Positions 60,025-64,000 of a stretch of 64,000 nt of DNA are shown piece after piece. Both the position numbers and the translations under genes were made by a program. Each line of letters starts with the position of its first letter. Positions within the stretch are counted from its first letter, which is position 1. The notes beneath the pieces are model-generated. The model was given only the letters and a program-made list of their open reading frames with translations. It was not told the origin of the DNA and made no database searches. Source of the stretch: Sulfurospirillum sp. (GTDB lineage: Bacteria; Campylobacterota; Campylobacteria; Campylobacterales; Sulfurospirillaceae); NCBI GenBank assembly GCA_016744795.1, contig JADGDR010000011.1, forward strand, positions 2,770 through 66,769. The letters are read 5' to 3'.

Positions 60025-60962
60025 AATATTCTCCTTCCATTTATCTCTTGTTCTGGAGGATACACATCACACTCTCCATCTGCATATTCACATCTATCTT
60101 TAAAATAGCATCCTTTTGGAAGACTCAAAAGTGAGGGCATGATGCCAGGAATTTGATACAATCGTTCTTTATCGTCATCTAGCTTAGGTAAACACTCAAT
60201 TAAGCCCTTTGTATAGGGATGTTGTGGATTAAATATAATATCTTCTTTTTTACCATATTCTACAATTCTTCCTGCATACATAACTGCAATTTTGTCACAG
60301 AGTTGAGAAACAACTGCAATATCATGCGTAATCAAAATCAAAGAAGAGTTAAAATTACTACTAAGTTTTTTCATTAAATATAAAATTTGTGCTTGAATTG
60401 TTACATCAAGAGCAGTTGTAGGCTCATCTGCAATTAATAATTTTGGATTATTTAAAAGTGCCATAGCAATTACAACTCTTTGTTTCATTCCTCCAGAGAG
60501 TTGGTGAGGGTAACTTTTCATTCTTTTATCTGCAGCAGGAAGTCCTACAAGTTTTAAAATGTCTATACAGGCATTATAAGCATCTTTTTTACTTACACTT
60601 GGATTATGATATAAAATTGTTTCCATTAGTTGATGACCAATATTTATAACAGGATTTAGTGAAGTCTGAGGGTCTTGAAAAATCATAGCTATTTCATTTC
60701 CTCTAATTTTTTGTAACTCTTCCTCACTTTTTTTTACTAAATCTTCACCATTAAAGATTATCTCACCCTCAACAATTTTCCCCGGTTTGTCAATAAGCCC
60801 TAACATTGAAAATCCAGTTATAGATTTTCCAGCTCCAGACTCTCCCACTATTCCTAATATTTCACCTTCTTCTAGTGAAAAACTAATTCCATCAACTGCT
60901 TTTATTACTCCATTTCTTGTAAAAAAATGTGTATTTAAATTATTTACTTCTAATAGTGCCAT
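60006..60962 (-). CDS. Peptide ABC transporter ATP-binding protein (DppD/OppD-like)
   Basis: 318 aa with Walker A GESGAGKS, signature LSGGMKQR and Walker B LIADEP. Confidence 0.93.
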   Translation of the reverse strand: MALLEVNNLNTHFFTRNGVIKAVDGISFSLEEGEILGIVGESGAGKSITGFSMLGLIDKPGKIVEGEIIFNGEDLVKKSEEELQKIRGNEIAMIFQDPQTSLNPVINIGHQLMETILYHNPSVSKKDAYNACIDILKLVGLPAADKRMKSYPHQLSGGMKQRVVIAMALLNNPKLLIADEPTTALDVTIQAQILYLMKKLSSNFNSSLILITHDIAVVSQLCDKIAVMYAGRIVEYGKKEDIIFNPQHPYTKGLIECLPKLDDDKERLYQIPGIMPSLLSLPKGCYFKDRCEYADGECDVYPPEQEINGRRIFCHKVK

Positions 60963-61819
60963 TATCTTTTTAACCTCGGATTCATTATATCTCTTGCTCT
61001 ATCGCCTATAAGGTTTATTGAGATGATTAATACCATTAAGATGATACCAGGGAAGACTGATGTCCACCAATACCCACTAAATAAAACTTGGTATCCATTT
61101 GCTATGAGTGAGCCTAAAGATGGCTCAGTAATAGGAACACCAAGACCCAAGAAACTTAGCGTTGCTTCAAGAATGATTGCAACTGCTATTCTTACTGTTG
61201 CAATAACTATAATCGGAGCAGTTACATTTGGCATAATCTCAGTAAAAATAATCGCAAAACTATTCATTCCTAAGGCTTTAGCTGATTGTGCATAATCTTT
61301 CTCTTTTTCACTAAGAACAACACCTCTCGCCGTTCTTGCGTAATAAACCCAACTCACTATAGTAATGGCTATAATTATCTTACCGATGCCAGCACCCCAA
61401 AGTGCCATGATGATTAAAGCAATTAAAATAGCAGGAAAAGAGAGTTGAATATCTGCAATTCTCATAATTACAGTATCAACCCAACCGCCATAATAGCCTG
61501 AGATTAGCCCCAAAGAAAAACCTATAATTACAGAAAGAATAGTACTTGCAAAACCTACATATAAAGATATTCTTAAACCATATATAATGGCTGATAATAT
61601 ATCTCTTCCTTGTTCATCAGTACCTAATAAAAAATTTGGATTTGGAGATTGAAAACTATTTTCTAAAAATAATTGTGCTAAATCATAAGGATTTTGAGGA
61701 GAAAAAAGAGCAGGAGCACATGCTAAAATAGCAAGTATGATAAACACAACAAGCCCAACTACTGCTAATTTATCTTCAAAATACTCTACTAATAATTCAT
61801 TTTTAAAAAATTTCATCAT
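60962..61819 (-). CDS. Peptide ABC transporter permease (DppC/OppC-like)
   Basis: 285 aa with six TM segments and an EAA-type loop (YAQSAKALGMNSFAIIFTEIMPN). Confidence 0.93.
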   Translation of the reverse strand: MMKFFKNELLVEYFEDKLAVVGLVVFIILAILACAPALFSPQNPYDLAQLFLENSFQSPNPNFLLGTDEQGRDILSAIIYGLRISLYVGFASTILSVIIGFSLGLISGYYGGWVDTVIMRIADIQLSFPAILIALIIMALWGAGIGKIIIAITIVSWVYYARTARGVVLSEKEKDYAQSAKALGMNSFAIIFTEIMPNVTAPIIVIATVRIAVAIILEATLSFLGLGVPITEPSLGSLIANGYQVLFSGYWWTSVFPGIILMVLIISINLIGDRARDIMNPRLKR

Positions 61820-62766
61820 ACCCTCACTCTTGGATCAACAAATGTATATAATACATCAACTATAAAATTAATAGCTACAAAAATAAACGAGATAACTAAT
61901 AAATAAGCTACAACTATTGGACGGTCTAGATTTTGAATAGAATCTATAATAAGTTTTCCAGTCCCCGGCCAGGCAAAAATGGTTTCAGTGACTATGGTAA
62001 AAGCCACGAGCTGTCCAAATTGAATACCAATAACAGTTATTAAAGGTATAAGCGTATTTTTCAAAGCATGGTAATAAACTATTACTTTTCTAGGAACTCC
62101 TTTGGCAGCGGCTAGTTTTATGTAATCTTGCATTAAAACCTCCATCATACCTGTTCTTGTAAGTCTTAAAATAAGAGCTAACTGAAAAATAGAAAGCGTA
62201 AGAACTGGCATAATAAGATGTTTTATTCCATCCACTGTAAAAGCACTTGTAAAAAGATAGACTTCTCCTCGTCCAGAACTAGGCAATACTCCCAAAATAA
62301 CAGAGAATATAAGTACAAGTATCATTCCAGTCCAAAAGACAGGCACTGAAATACCTGTTAATGAGAAGAACATGATAATCCTACTTAGTATAGAATTTGG
62401 TTTAATTGAAGATATTATGCCAAGAGGAATCCCAATTATAATTGAGAGCAACATAGATATAATGGCTAATTCCATGGTTGCTGGCATTCGTTCAAATACA
62501 ATGTCTAATGCAGGTTGCCCATATATAAAAGAATTCCCTAAGTTACCTTTCGAAACATTTACTAAAAATTTTTGATACTGAACAAGAAAAGATTTATCAA
62601 GTCCAAGAGTTGCTCTCATTTCAATTACTTCTTGTTGCGTTGCATCAGGTGGGAGCATTAGCTCAACTGGATCACCCGCTTTGAACATTATAAAAAATAC
62701 TATAAAACTTATAGTAAACATAACTAAAGCAGAATGAAAAAGTCTATTTAAAATATATTTAGTCAT
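61816..62766 (-). CDS. Peptide ABC transporter permease (DppB/OppB-like)
   Basis: 316 aa with the typical N-terminus (YILNRL), an EAA loop (YIKLAAAKGVPRKVIVYYHALKN) and a C-terminal DPRVR. Confidence 0.93.
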   Translation of the reverse strand: MTKYILNRLFHSALVMFTISFIVFFIMFKAGDPVELMLPPDATQQEVIEMRATLGLDKSFLVQYQKFLVNVSKGNLGNSFIYGQPALDIVFERMPATMELAIISMLLSIIIGIPLGIISSIKPNSILSRIIMFFSLTGISVPVFWTGMILVLIFSVILGVLPSSGRGEVYLFTSAFTVDGIKHLIMPVLTLSIFQLALILRLTRTGMMEVLMQDYIKLAAAKGVPRKVIVYYHALKNTLIPLITVIGIQFGQLVAFTIVTETIFAWPGTGKLIIDSIQNLDRPIVVAYLLVISFIFVAINFIVDVLYTFVDPRVRV

Positions 62767-63039
62767 AATTTTTCCATAAATAAACCTAGCTTAGAAAAAG
62801 GTAGATTTATATTTTATTTATATCAAATACTCAGATATTACTATCTATTTGTAGTCCAAGTTGAACTTTTTACTAAAAATGTAAATATTAACTTTAGAAT
62901 TTGAAAATTTAACTATTATATCGTTCATATCCTTTATTTTTATCAAAATATAGGTATTTAACATTATATACAAAATATGTATACATTTTTTGATAAATAT
63001 AATTTATTAGCGTATACTAGTAAAAAAGGACATTTATTT

Positions 63040-63927
63040 ATGAAAAAAATCAAGAAAATAGCTATTACAGGTGGCACACACGGTAATGAATTAACAGGCA
63101 TATATTTAATAAATAAATTTTTAAAAAATCCCACTTTAGTAAAAAGAGATAGTTTTAAAACATTTTTGATGCACACAAATGTAAAGGCAATCAAGCAAGG
63201 TACAAGATATGTTCAAAGAGATTTAAATCGTACTTTTACACAAAAAGAGTTAGAAAATAAGTCACTTAAAACTTACGAAGATATTCTTGCAAAAAAAATA
63301 AATAAAGAACTAGGACCAAAAGGAAGTAAGAATCCAAATATTGATTTCATAATGGATTTACACTCAACAACAGCAAATATGGGTTTATCTCTAGGAGTCA
63401 ATCTAAAAGATAAACTATCTTTACAAGTAGCAACTTATGTAAAAGAGCACATACCAGAACTTAAAATATATAGTTGGAGAGGTGAATTAAAAGATGCTTC
63501 TTTTGTAAGTTCAATTTCACCTAGTGGTTTTACCATTGAAGTAGGTTCAATTTCCCAAGGAATACTTAGGGCAGATATATTTTTTAAAACTGAAAAACTG
63601 ATTCAAACAATTTTAGATTTTTTTGAATTATACAATACAAATAGTCTTAAAAAAACTTGTTCTCAAATAGATATTTATTGTAATGCAAAAATTATTGATT
63701 TTCCCAAAGACAAAAATGGAAACATTGAAGCAATGGTTCATCCAAATTTGCAAGAAAATGGATATTTGAAACTTAAAAAGGGAGATCCTCTTTTTGTAAG
63801 CTTAAATGGTAATAATATATATTATGAAGATATAACAGAGGTATATCCAATATTTGTAAATGAAGCAGCATATTATGAAAAGGGTATAGCTATGTTTTTT
63901 ACTGAGAAAAAAACAATTAAAATATAA
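63040..63927 (+). CDS. Aspartoacylase / succinylglutamate desuccinylase (AstE-AspA) family zinc hydrolase
   Basis: The N-terminus IAITGGTHGNELTG, RDLNR and DLHSTT motifs support the call. I prefer ATG 63040 (AAAAGGA 9 nt upstream) over the track start 62977. Confidence 0.8.
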   Translation: MKKIKKIAITGGTHGNELTGIYLINKFLKNPTLVKRDSFKTFLMHTNVKAIKQGTRYVQRDLNRTFTQKELENKSLKTYEDILAKKINKELGPKGSKNPNIDFIMDLHSTTANMGLSLGVNLKDKLSLQVATYVKEHIPELKIYSWRGELKDASFVSSISPSGFTIEVGSISQGILRADIFFKTEKLIQTILDFFELYNTNSLKKTCSQIDIYCNAKIIDFPKDKNGNIEAMVHPNLQENGYLKLKKGDPLFVSLNGNNIYYEDITEVYPIFVNEAAYYEKGIAMFFTEKKTIKI

Positions 63928-63946
63928 ACAGAGATTAACTCTCTGT
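63926..63946 (+). terminator. Weak hairpin after the aspartoacylase-family gene
   Basis: An 8-bp stem pairs AAACAGAG with CTCTGTTT around the loop ATTAA. It overlaps the stop codon, and the downstream T-run is interrupted (ATGACTTTTT). Confidence 0.35.
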
Positions 63947-64000
63947 TTATGACTTTTTCAAAAAACAAGTTAAAAGCACTATTTTAACTCCGTTTACTAG

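Noticed and set aside
62977-63039. The upstream start for the aspartoacylase-family gene. The upstream starts at 27958 (purB) and 29276 (nrdA) are similar cases.
   Set aside because: Downstream ATGs have proper Shine-Dalgarno spacing and give canonical N-termini (MKKIKKIAITGGTHGNE, MVERYAREEM, MITVQKRNGRTE). The upstream extensions add non-conserved residues or overlap neighbouring genes.

Overview
This is an AT-rich, densely packed chromosomal segment. Gene content and protein signatures look like a Campylobacterota (Sulfurimonas/Arcobacter-like) chemolithotroph; that lineage call is an inference from protein motifs only. I support about 60 CDS and one tRNA-Val(GAC), and found no rRNA, CRISPR array, IS element or integrase.

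Gene content:
- Translation: infC-rpmI-rplT, thrS, rpsT, prfA, rsmA, rlmN and three pseudouridine synthases.
- Nucleotide metabolism: purM, purB and pyrG.
- Ribonucleotide reductase (RNR): class I nrdA and nrdB lie about 9 kb apart, with a class III nrdD-nrdG module between them.
- Envelope: glmM, lspA, kdsD and dapF.
- DNA and RNA maintenance: rarA, recJ and RNase J.
- Respiration: a Tat-signal SQR-like flavoprotein coupled to a diheme cytochrome c.
- Signalling: two sensor kinases, one response regulator and a PAS-GGDEF diguanylate cyclase.
- Transport: a dipeptide/oligopeptide-type ABC operon.

Main observations:
1. A highly iterated palindrome, TACATGTA (extended form TYTACATGTARA), occurs 29 times, almost always inside unrelated genes.
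2. The glycyl-radical segment of the anaerobic RNR lies on a separate 53-aa ORF that overlaps the nrdD stop (ATGA). It is below the ORF-track length cutoff.
3. An uncharacterised cassette sits beside a two-component system: a polytopic membrane protein, a Tat-exported COG1237-type metallo-beta-lactamase (MBL) protein, and a COG0523 GTPase carrying a novel ~300-aa N-terminal domain.
4. A degenerate copy of the rarA 3' end flanks an apparently inserted hydrolase gene.
5. A perfect 23-bp tandem duplication sits at the rpmI stop codon.

All coordinates, motif counts and translations were done by hand from the sequence and should be recomputed.
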